This document shows positions 6,892 to 15,057 of a stretch of DNA of 15,167 nt, one piece after another. Where the stretch lies: assembly GCA_964447495.1 (NCBI GenBank), contig CAYUTF010000013.1:43202-58368 (forward strand), written 5' to 3'. Made by a program: the position numbers and the translations under genes. The notes below the pieces were generated by a model that saw only the letters and a list, made by a program, of their open reading frames with translations, was not told the origin of the DNA and made no database searches. The number at the start of each line of letters is the position of its first letter. Within the stretch, counting starts at the first letter, position 1. Origin of the DNA: an uncultured archaeon. Its GTDB lineage: Archaea; Asgardarchaeota; Lokiarchaeia; Sigyniarchaeales; SOKP01.

Positions 6892-8214
6892 ATGAATTGG
6901 ACCCCAGAAATAATAGTTGAAATCATTGTTAGCTTTAGCCTCTTTTTAGCAGCATATATAACGTATATTGAGCCTAAAACTAAAAAAGTCCAATCTTTAA
7001 TATATATTCGCTTAGGATTAATTTTCATGGGGTTGCTTTTTGCTTTAGATTTAATTGCAAACCTATTTTTAAGTTCCTTTCTTACTCGCATCTCGGGCTT
7101 AATGCTATTACCTGCTGCTATCTTTTTTGTAATAGGTGTAAACTATATAATAAGGGAATCTTATAATTCTGTTTTTCTTGTTGGTGTTTGCTGTGCGGGA
7201 TTTCTGTTTTGTTATTTAGCTTTTCAACCTGGAGCTGTTGGATTAGCCACTAATATGGGATTTATAAATATCAACTGGACTGGATTATATGAATTAATGG
7301 GATCCCTTTTTATAATCTTCATGGGAAGTATTTCATTTTATTGGGGCTTTAAAACATGGTTAAATGCTCCTTTTCTGATTAAAAGGGAGGCTTCCATATT
7401 TCTATTGGGAGTAGTTATTAACGGACCGGTAACATTATCAATTTATCTGCTTTCCTATTGGAATCCCTTATTCATTCTATTTGCTTATACTTCGATAGGT
7501 ATTGGAACTTTGATTTTTTGTATAGTGATGGTACGAGAGCCGAAATTGCTATATATTTTACCTTTTACTCTTTATCGGATTATTGTAAAAGATCGAGAAG
7601 GATATATCTTATTTGATCACGATTGGTCCAGTTCAAATGTGCATGAATCCGTTTTTACGGGATTCATTAATGCTGTTCAAATTATGAGTGAAGATGTAAT
7701 GAACTTGGGGGGGCTTTTAGATATAAATTTAGAGGATTCTATTTTAATTTTGAATGAATTGGAATCGATTACTGTAGGTTTATTATCCTCGAAATCCTCA
7801 AAATTATTAAGGGGTTTGGTGGTGAGTTTCTCAAAAACGTTTCAGGAGAGGTTTAATAAAGAACTAAAGGCACTTTGTAGAGAAAAAGTAAAATATAATC
7901 CGGCTTATGAATTAATTGACCAATATTTCTCCAATTTTCCTTCTAAAATAATTAAAAGCAGAAAACAACCGCTACTTTTATCATACAAAGTAACCACGAT
8001 TTCACCCAAGTTATCTGAAAAATTGAATACTATGTCCTTGAATGATGCTGAGCAAGCATTGATAAAATCAGAGATACAGAAAGCTCACTTAGCATTAAGT
8101 CCAGGATTTCTTTCTCTCTATGATGAGATAAAACGCGAATTAGAGCAAAAAAAAGATGAAGAGGCAGAGCATCTTGATGATAAAACGAAGTCCAAAAACT
8201 ATGGCAAAAATTAA
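6892..8214 (+). CDS. Seven-TM membrane protein with C-terminal longin-like cytoplasmic domain
   Basis: Seven hydrophobic segments in aa 1-215. They are followed by RIIVKDREGYILFDHDW..VFTGFINAVQIMSEDVM..LLDINLEDSILIL..ITVGLL..LLRGLVVSFSKTFQERF, a beta-beta-alpha-beta-beta-beta-alpha pattern typical of longin folds. The ORF is secure; the domain call is an inference. Confidence 0.6.
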   Translation: MNWTPEIIVEIIVSFSLFLAAYITYIEPKTKKVQSLIYIRLGLIFMGLLFALDLIANLFLSSFLTRISGLMLLPAAIFFVIGVNYIIRESYNSVFLVGVCCAGFLFCYLAFQPGAVGLATNMGFININWTGLYELMGSLFIIFMGSISFYWGFKTWLNAPFLIKREASIFLLGVVINGPVTLSIYLLSYWNPLFILFAYTSIGIGTLIFCIVMVREPKLLYILPFTLYRIIVKDREGYILFDHDWSSSNVHESVFTGFINAVQIMSEDVMNLGGLLDINLEDSILILNELESITVGLLSSKSSKLLRGLVVSFSKTFQERFNKELKALCREKVKYNPAYELIDQYFSNFPSKIIKSRKQPLLLSYKVTTISPKLSEKLNTMSLNDAEQALIKSEIQKAHLALSPGFLSLYDEIKRELEQKKDEEAEHLDDKTKSKNYGKN

Positions 8215-8704
8215 AAAATTCATTATTTCACTTTCTTTACCTTTTATTGTGACTACAATTATTCCTTCATTGATAATTATATTAATTGAAAAAACACCTA
8301 TTACGAGAATACTCAATAGGAATATATTTCAAATTATTTCGGGTATAGGTATTATAGCTATTGGTTTTATTTTAGTAAGTTGGTGTATAAAAATCTTCTT
8401 TAAGTTAGGAAAAGGTACACTAATGCCAATTTCAAAGTTAGAAACCCAAAAATTAGTGATAAAAGGGCCATATAGATATATCCGGCATCCTATGATTCTT
8501 GGAGTAATTATTATTCTTTTAGGAGAGTCGGTTTTATTTGGATCTTGGTGGTTATTAGGATTTTGCATACTTTTTTTCATTTTAAATCTTATATACCTTC
8601 CACTAGTCGAAGAAAGAGGATTAGAAAAAAGGTTTGGAGATAAATATTTACAATATAAAGCTAAAGTTCATGGTTGGCTGCCAATAAAGAAGTATAAACC
8701 ATGA
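8201..8704 (+). CDS. Isoprenylcysteine carboxyl methyltransferase (ICMT/PEMT)-family membrane methyltransferase
   Basis: LVIKGPYRYIRHPMILG and EERGLEKRFGDKYLQYKAKVHGWLP signatures. ATG 8201 (MAKIKK, 14-nt overlap with the upstream gene) is preferred over 8156. Confidence 0.88.
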   Translation: MAKIKKFIISLSLPFIVTTIIPSLIIILIEKTPITRILNRNIFQIISGIGIIAIGFILVSWCIKIFFKLGKGTLMPISKLETQKLVIKGPYRYIRHPMILGVIIILLGESVLFGSWWLLGFCILFFILNLIYLPLVEERGLEKRFGDKYLQYKAKVHGWLPIKKYKP

Positions 8705-8763
8705 AGATAAGTGCAAAAATTGACCTCCTAAATATTTAATACATTCTCATAATAGTATCTAAT

Positions 8764-10014
8764 GTGAATATCATGTCTTATTTAAATTTAATTGAATTAT
8801 TACAAAAAATGGGATTATCTCGTAAAGATCTTTCAGGAGAGGTCGCTCTTATCACGGGAGGCGGCCAAGGTATTGGAAAAGAACTATCAAGAGCTTTAGC
8901 ATGGTTAGGAGCAAAAGTTGTTATTGCTGAGATTGCTGATACTGGTAAAGATGTTGAAGATTTAATCAAATCAGAAGGTGGAGAAGCAGTTTTCATAAAA
9001 ACAGATGTATCAAGTGAGAAGAGTATGAGAGAATTATTTAAAAAAAGCCATCAGATCTATGGTAAAGTAGACATTCTCATCAACAACGCGATTATTTATA
9101 CTATCGGGTCAATTAAAGACCAGCCAATTGAAAATTGGATAAAAGTGTTTAATGTTAATTTGTTTGGTGCAGTATTTGGTATAAACTTATTTTTACCGGA
9201 AATGCTTAATAGGAAGCGAGGTGTCATAGTAACTATAACCTCAGATGAGGGGACTGCTTATTTGGCTCCCTATTCGGCTTCAAAATCAGCTCTACAATCT
9301 TTAGGATATTCTCTGGCTAGTGAATTAGGAGAAAATAGTGGTATATCCACTTTCGTTTTTGGACCTGGATTAGTTGACACTCCAGGGGGAAAATATGCAT
9401 TTGAAAAATTAGCCCCTCTCTATAAAGTTAGTTTTGACGAGTTTGTAAAACTGGGAAGTGTAGGAGGATTTGATGGGATGATGCCTGTAGAATATTGTGC
9501 TTCTGGCTTTGCCTATGCGATTGTTCATGCTCAAGAATATCATGGACAAATTATTGACCCTTTTAGACCTTTAGGTAAATTTGGTCTATTACCTAAAATA
9601 AATGACCAGAAAAGTGAAGAATATCTTTCCATACGCTCAATGTCATCCACATTAGAAGCTGCTATAGGGTTAAAGAAAGTTTTAAAAGCTATTAAAAAAG
9701 AAACTGAAGAATTGAATTTTTTTGCAAAAAAATGGATGGAAAAAGTCTATGTAAAAAGAACAAGTTTATCCATCCAAGATTGGCTTGATACTATTGATGA
9801 TGTTATCAAACTCTTTGAAAATAAAGATTTGGATACATTCTCCACAAAACACGAATGGTTACTATCGATTTTAAGGAAACTTGAGAAAAACTTTGAACAG
9901 ACTAAAAATGATGCGAAAGGTTATATTAAGGACGTAGAAAATTTGAAAGAAGCATTGCAAGTTATTGAATATCGAAGAAAGTCCGTTGAAATCTTGTTAA
10001 ATGAACTATCTTAG
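8764..10014 (+). CDS. Short-chain dehydrogenase/reductase with C-terminal helical extension
   Basis: ALITGGGQGIG (TGxxxGxG), TDVS, DILINNA, catalytic S (ITS) and YSASK, PGLVDT. The start could be GTG 8764 or ATG 8773. Confidence 0.9.
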   Translation: MNIMSYLNLIELLQKMGLSRKDLSGEVALITGGGQGIGKELSRALAWLGAKVVIAEIADTGKDVEDLIKSEGGEAVFIKTDVSSEKSMRELFKKSHQIYGKVDILINNAIIYTIGSIKDQPIENWIKVFNVNLFGAVFGINLFLPEMLNRKRGVIVTITSDEGTAYLAPYSASKSALQSLGYSLASELGENSGISTFVFGPGLVDTPGGKYAFEKLAPLYKVSFDEFVKLGSVGGFDGMMPVEYCASGFAYAIVHAQEYHGQIIDPFRPLGKFGLLPKINDQKSEEYLSIRSMSSTLEAAIGLKKVLKAIKKETEELNFFAKKWMEKVYVKRTSLSIQDWLDTIDDVIKLFENKDLDTFSTKHEWLLSILRKLEKNFEQTKNDAKGYIKDVENLKEALQVIEYRRKSVEILLNELS

Positions 10015-10025
10015 ATGGGTTTTTC

Positions 10026-10049
10026 TTCGTGAAATCCACCTTTCACGAA
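10026..10049. terminator. Hairpin between convergent SDR and permease genes (possible bidirectional terminator)
   Basis: TTCGTGAAA-TCCACC-TTTCACGAA, perfect 9-bp stem with a 6-nt loop, in the 69-bp gap between stops at 10014 and 10084. Confidence 0.45.
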
Positions 10050-10083
10050 ATTCTTCTAAAATATTAAAATTAAAAAAAAGGAA

Positions 10084-11628
10084 TTACTTCTTATTTCGAC
10101 GGAAATTAAAAACAGCTGGTTCCTTTAATCCAAAGTACAAAGAGAAGAAACCTATTATTAATATCCATAACCCTAATCCTGGCCAAAGAGATGCCCAAGG
10201 TGAACTAAACAAGTTGTTTTTTGCTAAATTAATGTTTGATCCTAATTGCACTGATGAATCGATCAAGCCAATGAATCCTAGGCTTTCAATAAAAATTATT
10301 GTAAAACCCATGAATAAGGGGCTATAAATTAATATTTTTCTAAATGCGATTTTAGCATTAAAATCATGGTCTCCAAGTAATATCATGAATCCGGGAATCA
10401 AAAATATTCCTATTAACAGAATGACCGATTCTATGACCCTTCCATTGATATTAAGCACCAATGCTATTAAAAACACCGTAGGAATAGAAAAGAGTAACAT
10501 CATTGCCCCTACTAATATCGATACAATCATACTGTGGAGTTTATTTAAGATGCTAAATGTAAACCCTCCAACAATTCCAATAAGAAGAGGAATACTTCCT
10601 AAAATCATACCATTTTGTATTCCATATACCAATATAGCAAGGACGTCATGGCCAAGATAAGCCTGCCCTAAAGGATATGAAGGACTTGGGGGATTATAAG
10701 GACCAGCAAAAAAACCAGAAAGGTGATCTACAGAATAAGGGGTTAGAATTCCAGGAAAAATGCTTATAATTATAGCAAATATGACAATTAGCAACCCTAT
10801 TATAGTAAGAGGTGATTCTAATCGATGTAATATGAATTCTTTAAAATTATCATCTGATTCAATACTATTCTTAAATATATTATCTCTTCTTTCTTCAACA
10901 ATCCCACGAAATACTTTAACCCTAGGAGACTCTGACTCAGCTAAAACATGATGATAAAAGATATATATACCGTTTGATAGAGCTAGAACAATCACGTTTA
11001 TAATTACGATCAGAAAGATACACGACTCAACAATTGCATAATCGCTATATTCTAAAGCCTCAGTGAGTACCCAAAAAAGCCCCCTAAGGTTAAAAACTCT
11101 TTCAAGAATAAAACTTATAATAAAGATAACCCCCATGTTCATTACTGTTTGCAAAGTATGTGGAATTATATATTTCTCTTTAGATATTCGGGTATAATTA
11201 GAACGAACTTGTCTGGTTATAAGACATGTTGTTGATGCACACAAAATTAATGATGGTACAAAGGGATCTCCTATTGCTGGAAATAAAGGTAGTTGATATG
11301 ACAATGTGTATTGAAGCCACATTCCGATAAAAAATGGGGGCAATGCAATTCCTAAAATAATCAAAATTTGAAAAAACAGATTAACTACCTTATATCTAAT
11401 TTTGATTGATATTATCCCAATAATTATTCCTAATAAAACTCCAAAAATAATTGGGATAACCATATACCCAATAGTGATAGAAATACCTGAATTAACCATT
11501 TCTGGTGGAATAATAAAACTGGGAGGGAGAGATCCAACAAGAAACGCATTCAACATCAGACCAACAATAAGAAATAGAATTAAGATCGCTACAGTATAAA
11601 TTATATCAATAATTAATGTTTTATTCAT
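10084..11628 (-). CDS. Fused DppB/OppB-DppC/OppC-like ABC permease, degenerate (EAA loops absent)
   Basis: DppB-like motifs GIALPPFFIGMWL, LITRQVR and ILERVFNLRGL. DppC-like motifs PLTIIGLLIV, PPSPSYPLGQAYLGHDVLAILVYG, ESLGFIGL and PWASLWPGL. Confidence 0.8.
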   Translation of the reverse strand: MNKTLIIDIIYTVAILILFLIVGLMLNAFLVGSLPPSFIIPPEMVNSGISITIGYMVIPIIFGVLLGIIIGIISIKIRYKVVNLFFQILIILGIALPPFFIGMWLQYTLSYQLPLFPAIGDPFVPSLILCASTTCLITRQVRSNYTRISKEKYIIPHTLQTVMNMGVIFIISFILERVFNLRGLFWVLTEALEYSDYAIVESCIFLIVIINVIVLALSNGIYIFYHHVLAESESPRVKVFRGIVEERRDNIFKNSIESDDNFKEFILHRLESPLTIIGLLIVIFAIIISIFPGILTPYSVDHLSGFFAGPYNPPSPSYPLGQAYLGHDVLAILVYGIQNGMILGSIPLLIGIVGGFTFSILNKLHSMIVSILVGAMMLLFSIPTVFLIALVLNINGRVIESVILLIGIFLIPGFMILLGDHDFNAKIAFRKILIYSPLFMGFTIIFIESLGFIGLIDSSVQLGSNINLAKNNLFSSPWASLWPGLGLWILIIGFFSLYFGLKEPAVFNFRRNKK

Positions 11629-11645
11629 TTATAATCGCCTTCTAT

Positions 11646-11665
11646 ATTAGAACTAACGTTCTAAT
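11646..11665. promoter_or_regulatory. Palindromic operator candidate over the predicted transcription start of the permease gene
   Basis: ATTAGAAC-TAAC-GTTCTAAT, perfect 8-bp arms, 18-37 nt upstream of ATG 11628. A minus-strand TTTATAT box lies at about 11687-11693. Confidence 0.5.
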
Positions 11666-11801
11666 TTATTCTTAAGATATTTAGCCATATAAATATGATT
11701 ATAAAAACTAAAGAAAATGTAACATTACTGCGTTTTGGATTGTTTTATGAGTAGAGCCACTAACCAGAAAGTTTTTTACGTAAGAAAGCATCTTTAGAGT
11801 T

Positions 11802-12278
11802 ATGAAAGTACTAATTATATATTTCACAATGGGAGGAAGAACAAAAAAGATTGCTGAAGCAATTGCGAGCACTCTAATTAATCATGAAGTGAGTTATTTT
11901 TCATTAGAAATAACAGGAAAATTTAGTGAGAAGTTAAAGGTATTAGAGAAGTTTCGTAATAATGATTTTTCTTTAATAGAGCCCCAACTTAACACTCTAA
12001 ATCCAGCAAATTATGAGATGATAATTTTTGGAATGCCTACTCATGGGGGATTTCCTCCAGTTGTATTTAATGAAATCATAAAACGGATAGGACCCCTTAA
12101 TGGGAAAAAAGGAATTGTATTCACTACTGCCCGTATGACTGGGAGAAAGGCACTTAACTATATGGAAGCTGAGGTTGAGAAAGCAGGTGCTCAGATATTA
12201 GATAAAAGCAATTTTAGAGTATTCTTCTCACTTGGAATAAAAAAAGCCATTAAATTTGGTGCGCAATTCAATATCTGA
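11802..12278 (+). CDS. Flavodoxin-family protein
   Basis: MKVLIIYFTMGGRTKKIAEAIA FMN-phosphate loop, IIFGMPTHGG and LNGKKGIVFTT. Confidence 0.88.
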   Translation: MKVLIIYFTMGGRTKKIAEAIASTLINHEVSYFSLEITGKFSEKLKVLEKFRNNDFSLIEPQLNTLNPANYEMIIFGMPTHGGFPPVVFNEIIKRIGPLNGKKGIVFTTARMTGRKALNYMEAEVEKAGAQILDKSNFRVFFSLGIKKAIKFGAQFNI

Positions 12279-12297
12279 GCATTTTTTTAAACAAATT

Positions 12298-13140
12298 TTA
12301 TAGTGTTCCAAGAAAATTCGTAATATTAGAAGATTTTGGAATTTTCACATTAAAATAGTTCTCTACAATTTCATATAAAAAGTTTAAGTAAGGCATGGAG
12401 ACTTTAATATTATGTTTGTTCTCTAAATCTTCAATTAATTGTTTCAAGTAAATATTTTTACCTTTTTCAAGACTCTGGATAATTTCTATGATTGATTTAG
12501 ATAATTCATATGTTTTCCGAACTTCATTTTTCATTATTATTAAACTGGAAGTAGGTTCATACTCGCTTATGAATCGTTGTGCTATCGTTTTCTCGACATT
12601 TAATTTCTGCTTCTCAAAAATCTTATTCGGGTCATTGATTAAATTACTTCCCTTTAAAATTATGTAGTCTTTATAATTTTCATTTCTAAAATTAGCTTCA
12701 TCTATAAATCGAATGTATAATTCAAATGAATTCTGAGTAATATATTCGAAAAATTGTGTTAGTTTATCGAATAAAAAGTCTTGGTTTGATATTACAAGGA
12801 CTTTATTTCTATACACCATAGCTCGAAAGATATAGGCAATACTTGATACTGTTAAATTAAGTTTGATCAAACTGACATCAATTAACTCGGAAAGAGATTT
12901 ATCTTCCTCTTCCTCTTTTTTTGGCAATATATCGGGTAGTTGAATTTGGAAATCTGCTGTATAGGTATCTCTAATGGCTAAATTTTTATCAACGTAAGCA
13001 ATAAAAGAATGTGAGCATACAATTCCCTCTGTAATATTTACAGCAAATAAACCTCTTGTGCTACTTTTCACTTCTTCTTCCGAAACTTCGATATGCCCTC
13101 TAGTTGAACAGATAGGACATCGAACTTCAAGTTTAACCAT
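12298..13140 (-). CDS. Hypothetical protein with N-terminal Zn ribbon (C8, C11, C42, H44) and possible DENN-like core
   Basis: CPIC..CSH metal-binding pattern in a clean 280-aa ORF. The central segment resembles the cDENN pattern (inference). Confidence 0.65.
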   Translation of the reverse strand: MVKLEVRCPICSTRGHIEVSEEEVKSSTRGLFAVNITEGIVCSHSFIAYVDKNLAIRDTYTADFQIQLPDILPKKEEEEDKSLSELIDVSLIKLNLTVSSIAYIFRAMVYRNKVLVISNQDFLFDKLTQFFEYITQNSFELYIRFIDEANFRNENYKDYIILKGSNLINDPNKIFEKQKLNVEKTIAQRFISEYEPTSSLIIMKNEVRKTYELSKSIIEIIQSLEKGKNIYLKQLIEDLENKHNIKVSMPYLNFLYEIVENYFNVKIPKSSNITNFLGTL

Positions 13141-13265
13141 AATTGTCTATAATAATGAACAGTTATAATTTTAAAAATAATATATTATATAGATTATGAT
13201 ATAACTATTTTTAATTTAATATTTAAATTTTAATAGCAATTAAAGTTATTATTTCTTGCGAAAAT

Positions 13266-13745
13266 TTAATACCTTTTAATTCTCCCATAGCGCTTTTCAA
13301 TAAAATTCGCTATTAATAAACAGATTAATGCAGCAAAATTTTCCGCCACTAAAAATGATAAAGCTTTTCCTAAAAATGTAGCACAAAAGAAGTATGAACT
13401 AAAGAATAAAGCGGTGAATATAGCGAACATAATAAGTAGTGGTCTAACAACTGGAAAATATAAAAAACGCTCTATATTGGAGGAATGACCTTGAGCCTTT
13501 TGAAATTGAGTCTTAAGCTTTCGATTTCTTTCTACTTGAGCATAAGATTCAAATATTATCATAGAACCGAAAAATAAAGCAATTGTTACTCCAGTTGGAA
13601 TTAAAATTACAACATAAACATTTCCTACATTAAGAAGATATTGAGCTATAAAGATAAATAATACTTGAAAGATACCACATGTTCCTAAAAGCATTAATGC
13701 AAATGGAAAATAATCTTTAGTCGTCCAACGAACGCGGATTGGCAT
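13266..13745 (-). CDS. Hypothetical four-TM membrane protein (159 aa)
   Basis: Four hydrophobic segments. The real start is likely ATG 13745 (MPIRVRW), preceded by SD-like AGGAG; the track start at 13811 lies inside tRNA-Val. Confidence 0.75.
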   Translation of the reverse strand: MPIRVRWTTKDYFPFALMLLGTCGIFQVLFIFIAQYLLNVGNVYVVILIPTGVTIALFFGSMIIFESYAQVERNRKLKTQFQKAQGHSSNIERFLYFPVVRPLLIMFAIFTALFFSSYFFCATFLGKALSFLVAENFAALICLLIANFIEKRYGRIKRY

Positions 13746-13774
13746 AATATCATAACTCCTATATATTATTATAG

Positions 13775-13882
13775 TGGGCCCGGCGTGAATTGAACACGCG
13801 ACCTTCCGCACGTCAAGCGGACGTCATACCAGGCTTTTAAGTTTATTACACTTTCAAGTTTACCGGGCTAGACCACGGGCCC
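13775..13882 (-). tRNA. tRNA-Val(GAC) with a 34-nt non-canonical intron at the D-loop 21/22 position (intron 13827-13860)
   Basis: Exon 1 GGGCCCGTGGTCTAGCCCGGTA plus exon 2 TGACGTCCGCTTGACGTGCGGAAGGTCGCGTGTTCAATTCACGCCGGGCCCA give a 74-nt cloverleaf (acceptor GGGCCCG/CGGGCCC, anticodon stem TCCGC/GCGGA, T stem GCGTG/CACGC). CCA is not encoded. Confidence 0.93.
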
Positions 13883-14082
13883 ATTTTTAATACTTTTATA
13901 ACTATTAATATTATCCAAATTTCTAATAAGTATTTTAGATAATTAAAAAATAAATATTTTATTAAATACTATAAAGACGATATTAAAATTTCTTACTATA
14001 GTGTGAACTTTATATATGAAGTATATATGTAGATTATTGATACAAAATAATTAGTTATCTCAAATTAATTAATTTGAGAAAC

Positions 14083-14295
14083 CTATTTTTTATATTTTTT
14101 ATAAAGTTTAGTACCAAAAAAACCTAGAATTATAGCTGATAATATCGATAGAAGTAAATTAGGATTATAATATAAAAAGAATACTATTAAACTAATAGTA
14201 ATAAGAACATTCAAACAACATATAGCAATTACTAACCATTTTAATCGCTCTAAGATCTCTTTCTTGGTAAAATATTCATTTTCTTTGTTTTCCAT
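14083..14295 (-). CDS. Small two-TM hypothetical membrane protein
   Basis: 70 aa with two hydrophobic helices and a basic C-terminus; ATG preceded by purine-rich AGGAGA. No family recognised. Confidence 0.55.
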   Translation of the reverse strand: MENKENEYFTKKEILERLKWLVIAICCLNVLITISLIVFFLYYNPNLLLSILSAIILGFFGTKLYKKYKK

Positions 14296-14495
14296 TTTTT
14301 CTCGCTTATCTCCTTTTTATTGATTTTATTTAAGAAGAATCTAAATATAGATTTTTTCTTCAAATGACTGATTTAAAAATATACATCCTGTTTAACTATG
14401 GTCTATAAGATGAAAATGAAATTGTAAGTTATTTATTTACTTGTAGAGAATCAGAATTAATCAAATTGTTATTTATTTCCTAAATTCTTTATTAA

Positions 14496-14942
14496 TTATA
14501 AGAAAGGTAAAAATTTATCTAAAGATACCTTCACTCCTATTTTTGACGGAATCCCCACAGCTTTCTTTACTTCATCATAAGAATAGCCCTTTTCATACAA
14601 ACTTTCTATAGCAGGAGAAAAAACTTTCTTATAATATTTATCACTAATCTTATTAATAATTTTATCAAATTCCTTAACAGTTATCCATTGTTCTTTCTCT
14701 CTATGGGTAATTGATATACCCTTCTCTTTTCCTTTTTGTTCTAATTTATATTTCTGAGCCTCCTTTCCTAATCGTGCTTGGTATCCCACAATCGCAATTA
14801 CGATTCCGTGAATCTTTGACTCTTCTTCATTATGTCCTGCTTTGAGCCAATCAATGCGATGATATTCAGAGATAATATCCCATTTACCTACGTTAATAGC
14901 CTTTATTTCTTCTAATTCTTTTGAAGTAAACGTTTTCGACAT
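14496..14942 (-). CDS. Hypothetical protein (148 aa)
   Basis: Full-length ATG ORF with globular protein-like composition, on the same strand as its neighbours. No family recognised with confidence. Confidence 0.7.
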   Translation of the reverse strand: MSKTFTSKELEEIKAINVGKWDIISEYHRIDWLKAGHNEEESKIHGIVIAIVGYQARLGKEAQKYKLEQKGKEKGISITHREKEQWITVKEFDKIINKISDKYYKKVFSPAIESLYEKGYSYDEVKKAVGIPSKIGVKVSLDKFLPFL

Positions 14943-15057
14943 TATTTTATTTATTTATATTTTATTATGTAGTTTTAAGAAATGAGTGAATTAAACATTT
15001 AAGATGCTTTATGTTAAAATAATAAAATTCTTAAAATAATAAAATATGAAAAAAAAA

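Noticed and set aside
5923-11599. Track ORFs 5923-6138, 6840-7091, 8329-8580, 8778-8996, 10001-10327, 10385-10660, 10760-10951 and 11402-11599
   Set aside because: All lie antisense to longer genes with recognisable motifs.
6730-13774. Integrated element or genomic island between the inward-facing 3' ends of tRNA-Gly and tRNA-Val
   Set aside because: No integrase, transposase or duplicated tRNA 3' end (att site) was seen. The content is accessory-like but shows no evidence of mobility.
13746-13811. N-terminal 22 codons of track ORF 13266-13811
   Set aside because: They overlap the tRNA-Val 3' exon; ATG 13745 with an SD-like motif is the better start.
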